Below the pieces are notes generated by a model, which ran no database searches, was not told the DNA's origin, and saw nothing but the letters and a program-made list of their open reading frames with translations. A stretch of 32,000 nucleotides of DNA from Bifidobacterium longum subsp. longum JCM 1217 (GTDB taxonomy: Bacteria > Actinomycetota > Actinomycetes > Actinomycetales > Bifidobacteriaceae). The DNA lies in the NCBI RefSeq assembly GCF_000196555.1, contig NC_015067.1, positions 210,001-242,000 of the forward strand, in the 5' to 3' direction. The first letter of the stretch is position 1. Each line of letters starts with the position of its first letter. The translations under genes were made by a program, and so were the position numbers. Shown here one piece after another: positions 17,175 to 25,623 of the stretch.

Positions 17175-17816
17175 ATGACCCAGAACATCGCAGTTATCGC
17201 AGCCAACGGCAAGTCCGGCCAGCTCATTGTCAGGGAGGCCGTTGATCGCGGACTTGACGTGACCGCTGTTGTGCGCGGGGAGAACAAAACCGTCGCCCAG
17301 CACGCCATCATCAAGGATCTGTTCGACCTGACCGCAGCAGATCTCGCCGGATTCGATGTGGTCGTCGACGCATTCGGCGCATGGACGCCGGAAACCTTCC
17401 CGCAGCACTCCACGTCGTTGAAGCATCTCGCGGACGTCCTCTCCAGTGCTGACGCGCGACTGATCGTGGTTGGAGGTGCCGGTAGCCTGTACGTCAACCC
17501 GGAGCATACCGTGCAGCTGAGCCAAACCGATGGCTTCCCGGAGGCGTTCCTCCCGCTCGCCACCGCGATGGGGGATTCTCTCGCCGAGCTGCGCGAACGT
17601 AGCGACGTGCGTTGGACCTATGTCTCTCCGGCCGCCGACTTCCAGGCCGACGGGCCGCGCACCGGCAAGTATGTGCTGGCCGGTGAGGAGTTCACCGCGA
17701 ACGAGGCCGGTGAAAGCGCCATTAGCTACGCCGATTATGCGATTGCGATCGTGGACGAAGCGACGGCGGCACCGGAGAATGCGCACGTCAACGAGCGTAT
17801 TTCCGTGCGTTGGTAA
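17175..17816 (+). CDS. NAD(P)H-binding oxidoreductase (atypical SDR, NmrA/BVR-B-like)
   Basis: N-terminal Rossmann motif IAVIAANGKSGQ. 213 aa. SD GGAG lies before the ATG. Divergent from the HxlR gene, a common pairing. Confidence 0.88.
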   Translation: MTQNIAVIAANGKSGQLIVREAVDRGLDVTAVVRGENKTVAQHAIIKDLFDLTAADLAGFDVVVDAFGAWTPETFPQHSTSLKHLADVLSSADARLIVVGGAGSLYVNPEHTVQLSQTDGFPEAFLPLATAMGDSLAELRERSDVRWTYVSPAADFQADGPRTGKYVLAGEEFTANEAGESAISYADYAIAIVDEATAAPENAHVNERISVRW

Positions 17817-17862
17817 GCGCGTATATGCGGGAAGATATGTGGAAAGCGCTCGCCGAATAAGC

Positions 17863-17895
17863 AGCACCCCGAAATCAAAACGATTTCGGGGTGCT
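17863..17895. terminator. hairpin terminator
   Basis: AGCACCCCGAAATC-AAAAC-GATTTCGGGGTGCT, a perfect 14-bp stem followed by TGTG. Confidence 0.6.
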
Positions 17896-18025
17896 TGTGC
17901 GTGTGGGCAAGATCCCAACCTTCATGGCGACTCAGGCCTGCTGCCGCTTGGGTTTTCGGACTATCGCGCGCTCGCCGTGTCGTCTCGGTTGCCGCGTCCG
18001 CGGCGTGTCGTGATGGGGCTTCGCG

Positions 18026-18208
18026 TCATTCATGGGATAGCTGCGGTGGGGTGGGGATTCGCCATGTGCCGCGCCGGTCCGAGCCGGTGCGTTCGATCAG
18101 TTTGGCTTCCTGCATCGCCCGGAACGTGCGCCATACGGTGGTGTAGGACACGTCCAGCGCGACCGCCGCCTGACGGTACGTGATCGCCGGATACGGGGAA
18201 CCGGAACG
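18026..18208 (-). pseudogene. C-terminal winged-helix/HTH remnant of a larger gene
   Basis: A stop-to-stop frame without a start codon reads RSGSPYPAITYRQAAVALDVSYTTVWRTFRAMQEAKLIERTGSDRRGTWRIPTPPQLSHE. It lies immediately downstream of tRNA-Ser. Confidence 0.35.
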
Positions 18209-18240
18209 CTAAAGGAACCAGAGGGGAAAACAAGAGGGTA

Positions 18241-18279
18241 CAAAAAGCCGGAAGCCCTAGAAAAAATAAGGGTTCCGGC
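18241..18279 (-). terminator. terminator of tRNA-Ser
   Basis: Minus strand: GCCGGAACCC-loop-GGGCTTCCGGC followed by TTTTTG. Confidence 0.65.
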
Positions 18280-18284
18280 GAGGG

Positions 18285-18369
18285 CGGAGGATACGAGATT
18301 CGAACTCGTGAGGCTGTTACACCAACACGCTTTCCAAGCGTGCGCCATAGACCACTAGGCGAATCCTCC
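18285..18369 (-). tRNA. tRNA-Ser (anticodon GGA)
   Basis: Acceptor GGAGGAT/ATCCTCC, anticodon loop TTGGAAA, long variable arm, T-loop TTCGAAT. Confidence 0.93.
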
Positions 18370-18947
18370 ATGCACTGCAGTGCTTGCTAGAAGTAAGCTC
18401 CGTAGGCAACTCGAATAAGCTACCACAGCTTTCGGATAAATGCACATTCAGTGCCGGCTGCGGCGTGTCGCTTTGTGGACAAGGACCACCAATGAGTGCC
18501 TGCGCTGATGTGCAGGTCGTTCGTACGGCGTGTGCAACAGGTGATCTCACCGGGGGATGAACCAGTGCAAATCAAAGCGACTCAAGGCAAGTCAGCAAAC
18601 CCGAGGCAAACCAGAATGAACATGCGCATGCCATCGCGTGAATTATTGCCAGCCTCTTGCCGTGATGCAACATAGTGATTTTAGGCTATGAACCTTGGTG
18701 AAACAGTTGGTCATGCAATATGAGGGATGGGGAGTGGCCAGTCGCGGGGAGTTCATAATTCGGGAAGTCTCCCATCTGTGAGCGGGACAATATCGAATAT
18801 TGAGACAATCTGCGGTAATAATTGATCGAAAAACAGTGCCTAATACCTCTTAAATCCTAAAAAATCAAGACTGTTCCTCAAAAAAGTTTTTCTTTATATT
18901 GAGTAGTTGGTTTTTGATTACTTAGCCGCGCAGAGAGAGGGATAGGC

Positions 18948-20741
18948 ATGGTTCGTCGCGCCCAGGCTGCTCTTCGGTCCGTTGAACACACCAGCGTGAG
19001 GCAGCTGCGAGTCCTGGCTGCGATTGTATTTCTGTTCGCCATGGTCATCGCCACTGTGGCTCCTGCAGTCACGGCTCCGATGGCCTTCGCCGACAGCAGC
19101 ACCAGCTCGTCCAGCGTTGACTACGCCACCTGGGCCGAAGTCTCCAAGGCGATGGACAAGCAGCTGAACAGCGGTCTTGAGACGTACAAGGATGGCAACA
19201 CCGCTGGCGCCACCTCCGATTTCATGGGCGCGTACAACAAGATTTACGTGGCCTCCAACTTCACCGCGGTCGTGCACGACACCATTGGCGCGGACAAGCA
19301 GCTCGCCCAACAGCAGGCATTCCAAAGCGTTCAGAATCTTTCCTACACGCCTAGCAACGACGATCAACTGGCTCAGCAGATTGATGCGTTGACCGCCGAT
19401 CTTGACGCCACGGCCCAGCAGCTCGACGCCAACGCCGATCTCGCCAAGCCGAAGGCGTACGCCGAAGCGCTGCAGGCGCAGCTGGCCAAAGAGCGCAAGG
19501 AGCTCGACGCCAAGAAAAAGAAGAACCCGGGCAAGGGCAATCGTTCATGGACCGACGTGGCCAACGAAATGACCCCGATTCTCGACAATGCATACAAAGC
19601 TTACGAAAAGGGTGATGGTGCCAAGGGCGCCACGCTCGTGAACAACGCGTACTACCAGTATTACGAGAAGCTCGGCTTCGAAAAGAACGTGATGAACGCC
19701 ATCAGCGGCAACCGCGTCTCGCAGGTGGAATACCAGTTCAAGATGTGCCGCAAGTCCATGAACGCCGGCGCATCCCTGAAAGACACCAAGAAGCTGATCG
19801 ACGACCTCAAGGCCATGCTGATCAAGGACGCCGGCATTCTTGACGGTGGTGCCGCCGATAAGGAAGACGGTTTCACCAAGCTGGTCACCAGCTCCTCCGG
19901 CCAGGCGTTCCTCGTGCTTATCCGTGAGGGTCTTGAAGCTCTGCTGGTGGTTGCAGCCATCGTCGCCTACTTGGTCAAGTCCGATAACAAGCGCTTCGTC
20001 AAGTGGATTTACTTGGGTGTGCTCGTCGGTCTGCTCGGCGCCGGCTTGGTGGCTGTGATCTTCGTGTTCGCCTTCGGCGGCTCCGGCCCGATTCAGGAGA
20101 TCATGGAAGGCACCTGCGCACTGATCGCCATGGGCATGCTGCTGTGGACGAGTAACTGGATGCTGAACAAGTCCAGCGTGGAAGCGTGGAACCGTTACAT
20201 TCGCAAGAAGACCGAGGCTGCTGTGGCTGATGCCGAAGCCGCCGCAAGTGCCGACAACGTGACGTTGAAAACCGTGGTCTCGCTGGCTATGCTGAGCTTC
20301 CTCGCCGTGTTCCGTGAAGGCGCTGAAACCGTGATCTTCTACGAGTCCATCTACACGATGAGCCGCGATACTCGCGGTATGTGGATCGGTGGTCTGACCG
20401 CCGCGGTGGTGCTTGTCGGCATCTTCCTGCTCTTCCGCTTCACCTCCGTGAAGATTCCGATTGGTCCGTTCTTCCTGGTCACTTCGATTCTGATGTCTGT
20501 GCTGGTGGTGGTGTTCGCCGGCGGCGGCGTCCACTCGCTGATTGAGGGCGACTTGCTGCCCGCCTTCTACCTGAACGGTGTGCCGACGAACGATTGGCTT
20601 GGCCTCTACCCGTACGTCGAATGCCTAGTGGCGCAGGCCATCGCAGCCGTTGCGGTTATCGCGCTGTTCGTGGTCGGCTTCATCAAGCAGCGCAAGCTGA
20701 AGGCGCAGGCTACTGCCGAGGTCCCGGCCGTGAAGGCGTAG
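18948..20741 (+). CDS. FTR1/EfeU-family high-affinity iron permease with ~320-aa N-terminal secreted helical domain (bfeU-like)
   Basis: Signal sequence LRVLAAIVFLFAMVIATVAPAVTAPMAFA. Two REXXE motifs: REGLE (nt 19923-19937) and REGAE (nt 20313-20327). The C-terminal half is polytopic. Confidence 0.92.
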   Translation: MVRRAQAALRSVEHTSVRQLRVLAAIVFLFAMVIATVAPAVTAPMAFADSSTSSSSVDYATWAEVSKAMDKQLNSGLETYKDGNTAGATSDFMGAYNKIYVASNFTAVVHDTIGADKQLAQQQAFQSVQNLSYTPSNDDQLAQQIDALTADLDATAQQLDANADLAKPKAYAEALQAQLAKERKELDAKKKKNPGKGNRSWTDVANEMTPILDNAYKAYEKGDGAKGATLVNNAYYQYYEKLGFEKNVMNAISGNRVSQVEYQFKMCRKSMNAGASLKDTKKLIDDLKAMLIKDAGILDGGAADKEDGFTKLVTSSSGQAFLVLIREGLEALLVVAAIVAYLVKSDNKRFVKWIYLGVLVGLLGAGLVAVIFVFAFGGSGPIQEIMEGTCALIAMGMLLWTSNWMLNKSSVEAWNRYIRKKTEAAVADAEAAASADNVTLKTVVSLAMLSFLAVFREGAETVIFYESIYTMSRDTRGMWIGGLTAAVVLVGIFLLFRFTSVKIPIGPFFLVTSILMSVLVVVFAGGGVHSLIEGDLLPAFYLNGVPTNDWLGLYPYVECLVAQAIAAVAVIALFVVGFIKQRKLKAQATAEVPAVKA

Positions 20742-20854
20742 CCCGTCTAGCTCGTCCGTTTCCTCCCATAACTGCAGACAACTGACAGACTTGCGGCACG
20801 GCCTCGGATCGATGCCAATTCCTCCAGCCCACGCCGCACTTATCTCATAACTGA

Positions 20855-20868
20855 ATAATTGCAATTAT
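20855..20868. promoter_or_regulatory. perfect 14-bp AT-rich palindrome ATAATTGCAATTAT (candidate metalloregulator box)
   Basis: It ends 46 bp upstream of the P19 gene ATG, inside a 173-bp gap. The octamer AATAATTG recurs at 18817-18824 upstream of the permease gene. Confidence 0.3.
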
Positions 20869-20914
20869 CTAAGCGTGAATCCTAATTCACCAGAGATAGA
20901 GAAAAGGAATAACA

Positions 20915-21598
20915 ATGATGAAGAACAAGAAACTGGCCGCTCTGCTCGGCCTGCTGCTCGCCGGTTCCATGACCGTGTCCATGGCTGCCTGCGGTTCCAC
21001 CAACTCCGCATCCGACACTAAGGCTGACTCCTCCTCCCAGTCTTCCGACTCCTCTTCCTCCGATTCTTCCTCCGATTCCGGCGCCGGTTTCGAAGAGGTT
21101 CCGGTTGGCCCGTCCGGTACTGCTGAAGAGCAGGATCAGGACGCCGGCCCGCTGACCGTGGGCGCTGTGTACTTCCAGCCGATCGATATGGAGCCGTCTT
21201 CCATGGGCCTGAAGGCTGCTGACGCTTCCTTCCACCTCGAGGCCGACATCCATGCCAACCAGAAGGGCACCGAGCTCGGCTACGGCAAGGGCGACTTCGT
21301 GCCGGATCTGACCGTGAACTACACCATCATCGATAAGTCCACCGGCAAGGAAGTCGAGGGCGGCACCGCCACCTCCGGTACCTTCATGCAGATGAACGCT
21401 TCCGATGGCCCGCACTACGGCGCCAACGTCAAGCTCGACAAGGCTGGCACCTACCAGCTGAAGCTCTCCATCGAATCCCCGGCCTCCAAGGGTTGGATGC
21501 TGCACGTTGACCCGGAGACCGGCGTCAAGGGCCACTTCTGGACCGAGCCGATCGAGGTCACCTTCGACAACTGGGATTACACTCCTCGCCAGTGGTGA
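20915..21598 (+). CDS. P19/Tp34-family periplasmic-type iron-binding lipoprotein (FtrA/bfeO-like)
   Basis: Lipobox SMAAC, Ser/Asp-rich linker, family blocks HLEADIHA and DGPHYGANV. SD AAGGA. Confidence 0.92.
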   Translation: MMKNKKLAALLGLLLAGSMTVSMAACGSTNSASDTKADSSSQSSDSSSSDSSSDSGAGFEEVPVGPSGTAEEQDQDAGPLTVGAVYFQPIDMEPSSMGLKAADASFHLEADIHANQKGTELGYGKGDFVPDLTVNYTIIDKSTGKEVEGGTATSGTFMQMNASDGPHYGANVKLDKAGTYQLKLSIESPASKGWMLHVDPETGVKGHFWTEPIEVTFDNWDYTPRQW

Positions 21599-21610
21599 TT
21601 GACTAAGCAG

Positions 21611-21636
21611 AAAGCCCCCTCGTCAGAGGGGGCTTT
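21611..21636 (+). terminator. hairpin after the P19 gene (half-copy of the recurring element)
   Basis: AAAGCCCCCTC-GTCA-GAGGGGGCTTT begins 13 nt after the stop. The U-tract is weak. Confidence 0.55.
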
Positions 21637-21675
21637 ACGCCGCTTTAGGGAGATAATTCTTAGGACGGTCTAAAA

Positions 21676-21721
21676 CTCCCCTCAGTCCGCTTCGCGGACA
21701 GCTCCCCTCAGAGAGGGGAGC
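21676..21721 (+). repeat. two-hairpin intercistronic element, copy 1
   Basis: CTCCCCTCAG-GTCCGC-TTC-GCGGAC-A-GCTCCCCTC-AGA-GAGGGGAGC, followed by CTAAGGTG. Confidence 0.85.
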
Positions 21722-21726
21722 CTAAG

Positions 21727-23025
21727 GTGAACAGAGAAAGGACGCGAATGCTTGAACAATTCGTGGCAGTGATGCCGGGCACTTTGGCCCCCGCATTGCT
21801 GGTGATGAGCCTGAGCGTGATGCTCACGGTCGGCGAGGGGCGAGATAAGCCGATAAGCTCGCATTGGCGTCTCATCGGCCTGATCGTCGGTCTGATCGCC
21901 GCCATCGTATTCGCCGGCCTGCGCGCCTCGGCCGTGATCAATCAGCGCACGTTCGTCAACTACCCGGTGTTGTGGTGCGCGATCATTGCCGACATCCTGA
22001 CCATCGTCGTGGTGGTGTTCGCACGCCGCATCACCACCAATTGGCAGCAGCACAAGGTGTTCATGCACATCGCTAACGCCGTGGCCGCCATCGACATCGC
22101 ACTCACCCTGTTCTACGCGCTGCCGGACGTGATTCTGCAGCTCACCATCTGGGTGGAACCAGGGGAGACCGCATTCACTTCGGCCATGCTGCTGCGCGCT
22201 CTTGGTTTCCTGCTTGGCGTGGCCATGTCCATTATTGTGGCCGCCATCTTCCGCACGATGCGCACCACTGCCGTGCGCTGGGCGTTCACCGTGGCCGTCG
22301 CGGCCATGATGGTGATTCTGCTGATTCAACACTTCACTGGTCTTGCCCAGATTCTGCAGGCGCGAGGCTTCCCGATGAACCATACGATGTTCGTGGCGCT
22401 GGCTTGGTCCATCAACCAGAACTCCACGATGATTATGGCGCAGGCGCTGGTGTTCCTGATTCCCGCCGTGGCCTCCATCGTGGCCGGTTTCCGTATGAAA
22501 ACCCATGATGTGCCGGGAGCCAACGAGGCCACGTTGCGCCGGCATAAGGTATTCCGCCGCCACGCCATCGCCGCTGCCGTGTGGAGCCTTATCGCAGCCA
22601 TCGGCGTCACAGCAACCCTGACCGTGGGCGTTGCCGCGACCCATCAGACCATCACCCTTTCGCCGCCGGAAGCCTACTCGCTCAAGGACGGCGTGGCCAC
22701 CATCCCCTTCAGCCAGGTCGAGGACGGCCACCTGCACCGCTTCGAATACAAGGCCAAGGACGGCACCGTCATGCGCTTCATCATCATCCGAAAGAACGGT
22801 GGCGCGTACGGCATCGGCCTGGACGCCTGCGAGAACTGCGGCGACGCTGGCTACTACGAGAAGGACGGCAAGATCATCTGCAAGAAGTGCGAGGTGGCCA
22901 TCAACCTGGCGACCATCGGCTTCAAGGGTGGCTGCAACCCGATACCATTCCCGTACAAGACCGGCCACGGCAAGATCACCATTCAAACTACGGATCTGGA
23001 CGCGCTGAGCGCCCACTTCCGGTGA
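21727..23025 (+). CDS. polytopic membrane protein with C-terminal DUF2318-type Cys4 domain
   Basis: About 8 hydrophobic segments, then CENC-x13-CKKC (nt 22828-22890) and GGCNPIPFPY. Alternative start ATG 21748 has SD GAAAGGA. Confidence 0.88.
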   Translation: MNRERTRMLEQFVAVMPGTLAPALLVMSLSVMLTVGEGRDKPISSHWRLIGLIVGLIAAIVFAGLRASAVINQRTFVNYPVLWCAIIADILTIVVVVFARRITTNWQQHKVFMHIANAVAAIDIALTLFYALPDVILQLTIWVEPGETAFTSAMLLRALGFLLGVAMSIIVAAIFRTMRTTAVRWAFTVAVAAMMVILLIQHFTGLAQILQARGFPMNHTMFVALAWSINQNSTMIMAQALVFLIPAVASIVAGFRMKTHDVPGANEATLRRHKVFRRHAIAAAVWSLIAAIGVTATLTVGVAATHQTITLSPPEAYSLKDGVATIPFSQVEDGHLHRFEYKAKDGTVMRFIIIRKNGGAYGIGLDACENCGDAGYYEKDGKIICKKCEVAINLATIGFKGGCNPIPFPYKTGHGKITIQTTDLDALSAHFR

Positions 23026-23046
23026 GTCAGGCAGGAGACAAGAATC

Positions 23047-24351
23047 ATGTTCTTTCTGCGCATGATTACTCGCTCGTTCACCCGACAGCTGCGCCGGCGC
23101 CTGCTTATCGCGCTGACCGTATGCCTGTCGGCGACCGTGTCCGTATCGATGCTGGGCGTCGTGTTCGACGTGGGCGACAAGCTCAACGCCGAGCTGTCCA
23201 CCTACGGTTCGAACATCACCGTGCAGCCCAAGGCGGATGCGGTCGTTTCCGACCTGTACAACACCGAGTCGGGCGGCGCGACGTCCACCAGCGACCCGAC
23301 CGCTTTTCTGAAGGAGTCGGACGCGGCCAAGATCAAGACGATCTTCTGGTCGTTCAACATCACCAGCTTCGCGCCGCAGCTCAACATCCACGCCACGGTG
23401 AACGGTACCAACGTGCCGGTCGTCGGCACGTGGTTCAACAAGAACCTCAAGATCTCCACCGGCGAGACTACCGTCGTGGGCGTGGAAGGCATGCGCTCGT
23501 GGTGGCAGCTGGACGGCAAGTGGCCCAAAGACGATTCCGACCAGGGCGTGATCGGCAAGACGCTGGCCTCCGAACTCGGCGTGACCACCGGCGACACCAT
23601 CACCCTCAACAAAACCACCGCCTCAGGCAAGAAGAACGAGCAGAAAATCAAGCTCACCGGTGTCTACGATTCCGGCGACGAGGACAACGGCTCGCTCTAC
23701 ATCGCCTCCTCCACGGCCCAGGTACTCGCCGACCTGCCCGATTCGGTCGACAAAATCGAGGTCAAGGCCCTGACCACGCCGGAGAACGACCTGGCCCGTA
23801 AGGCCGCCGCGAACCCGGCCGCGCTGAGCCAGGAGGAATGGGAGACCTGGTACTGCACCGCCTACCCGAGCTCGATCGCCTATCAGATCGAAGAGGTGAT
23901 TCCGGGCGCGGTGGCCAAGCAGGTGCGTCAGGTGGCCGCGTTGCAGGGCAATGTGCTGCAAAAGACGCAGGCCGTGATGATTCTGATGACCGTGCTGAGC
24001 CTGATCGCCGCAGCCGTGGCCGTGGCCAACCTGATGGTCGCCTCGATCGGCGAACGGTCGGGCGAGCTGGCGTTGCTCAAGGCGCTCGGTGCCACCGATG
24101 CCGCGGTATCCCGCCTGATGCTGGCCGAAACGGCGGCAATCTCGCTGCTGGGCGCGATTGTGGGCGCGCTGCTCGGTTCCGGCGTGGCCCAGCTGATAGG
24201 CCGGGTGGTGTTCGGTTCCGGCATTACGATGCGGCCGATGGTGTTCGTGCTGGTGTTCGTGCTGCTGGCTGTCACCGTGCTGCTGGCGTCCGCCTCATCG
24301 ATTCGTTCGATTCTGAATCTCAAGCCCGCGGAGGTGCTCCATGGTCGCTGA
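23047..24351 (+). CDS. ABC transporter permease, FtsX/MacB type
   Basis: N-terminal TM, ~250-aa extracytoplasmic domain, C-terminal FtsX block (LMVASIGERSGELALLKALGAT). Confidence 0.9.
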   Translation: MFFLRMITRSFTRQLRRRLLIALTVCLSATVSVSMLGVVFDVGDKLNAELSTYGSNITVQPKADAVVSDLYNTESGGATSTSDPTAFLKESDAAKIKTIFWSFNITSFAPQLNIHATVNGTNVPVVGTWFNKNLKISTGETTVVGVEGMRSWWQLDGKWPKDDSDQGVIGKTLASELGVTTGDTITLNKTTASGKKNEQKIKLTGVYDSGDEDNGSLYIASSTAQVLADLPDSVDKIEVKALTTPENDLARKAAANPAALSQEEWETWYCTAYPSSIAYQIEEVIPGAVAKQVRQVAALQGNVLQKTQAVMILMTVLSLIAAAVAVANLMVASIGERSGELALLKALGATDAAVSRLMLAETAAISLLGAIVGALLGSGVAQLIGRVVFGSGITMRPMVFVLVFVLLAVTVLLASASSIRSILNLKPAEVLHGR

Positions 24352-24384
24352 GTTTATCTACGTAGGTGTGGAAGGAGGGAACCG

Positions 24385-25608
24385 ATGACCAACACCGGTA
24401 TGTTCTTCAGAATGCTGTTCAGCGCCGTGTTCCGTCGGCGTTCGCGCGCGGTGATGGCTGTGGTGGCGTCGCTGGTCGGCGCAGCCACACTGTTCTGTCT
24501 GGCGATGATCTGCCTCGCCGTGCCGCAGCAGATGAACGAGGAGATGCGTGCGTACGGCGCGAACCTGATTGTCACGCCCACCGAATCGACCAATGCTGAC
24601 GGCAAGGCCGGCATCGACAAGGCGATGGTGCAGCACACCACTGAAATGGTCAAGGCCAAGGGTTCCGCGAAATACGCCACCTACCGCTACGAGAACGTGC
24701 GCGTCAACGCCTCGCCGTACGTTATGGCCGGCGTGAATGCGGCGCAGGTCAAGAACCTCAACCATCACTGGGTGGTCGACGGCTCGTGGCCGACCGACGG
24801 CAAGGTGCTGGTCGGACGCGACATCGCCGACGCCATCGGCCTGAGAATCGGCTCCGCCATCACCATCGGCTACCGTGCATCCGATAACGCCAGCACCAAC
24901 GGCACTTCGTCGAACTCCTCGATCGACCAGCAAACCAAAGACGGCCGTGTCTCCAGTGACATCATGGACACCTCCGGTACCGAATTCCGCGTGGCCGGCA
25001 TCGTGGACACCGGCGGCAGCGAAGACTCGATCATCTACGCCACCAACGCCGACGTCAACAAGCTCACCGGCATCACGCGCGGCGTGGACGTCATCGAGTA
25101 TTCGGCCGGCGCCAGCGACCTCGCAGGCCTGGTGTCCAGCATCAACGACATGACCTCCATGCACGTCAAGGCACAGCAGATCACCAAGATCACCGCCTCC
25201 GACACCCGCATCATCACCATGCTGCAGACGCTGTTCTGGATCGTCTCGCTGGTGGTGCTGGTGCTGACGCTCGTCGGCGTCGGCACCACAATCAGCTCGA
25301 TCGTCTCGCAGCGACGCAACGAGATTGGCCTGCGCAAGGCCCTCGGTGCTAGCTCGCGTGCCATCGGCACCGAGTTCTACATCGAATCGTCGCTCTACGG
25401 CCTGATTGGCGGCCTCATCGGCACCGCAATCGGCTACGGACTCGCCAGTTGGCTGTGCGTGGCGGTGTTCGAACGCTCCATCGTATTCAACTGGTGGCTG
25501 GCCCTGATTTCCGTGCTGTTCAGCGCGCTGGTCGCCATCGTCGCCTCCATCCCGCCCGTCCACCGCGCCACCCGCATCGACCCCGCCGTCGTGCTTCGCG
25601 AAGAATAA
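24385..25608 (+). CDS. ABC transporter permease, FtsX/MacB type (paralogue)
   Basis: Same architecture, with FtsX block SIVSQRRNEIGLRKALGAS. SD GGAAGGAGGG. Confidence 0.9.
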   Translation: MTNTGMFFRMLFSAVFRRRSRAVMAVVASLVGAATLFCLAMICLAVPQQMNEEMRAYGANLIVTPTESTNADGKAGIDKAMVQHTTEMVKAKGSAKYATYRYENVRVNASPYVMAGVNAAQVKNLNHHWVVDGSWPTDGKVLVGRDIADAIGLRIGSAITIGYRASDNASTNGTSSNSSIDQQTKDGRVSSDIMDTSGTEFRVAGIVDTGGSEDSIIYATNADVNKLTGITRGVDVIEYSAGASDLAGLVSSINDMTSMHVKAQQITKITASDTRIITMLQTLFWIVSLVVLVLTLVGVGTTISSIVSQRRNEIGLRKALGASSRAIGTEFYIESSLYGLIGGLIGTAIGYGLASWLCVAVFERSIVFNWWLALISVLFSALVAIVASIPPVHRATRIDPAVVLREE

Positions 25609-25623
25609 AGAAAGAGAAACGTC

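Noticed and set aside
17087-18183. ORFs 17087-17563 (-), 17121-17918 (-) and 17530-18183 (+) overlapping the oxidoreductase gene
   Set aside because: They are shadow frames. Only the 17175-17816 frame has the Rossmann motif and an SD.
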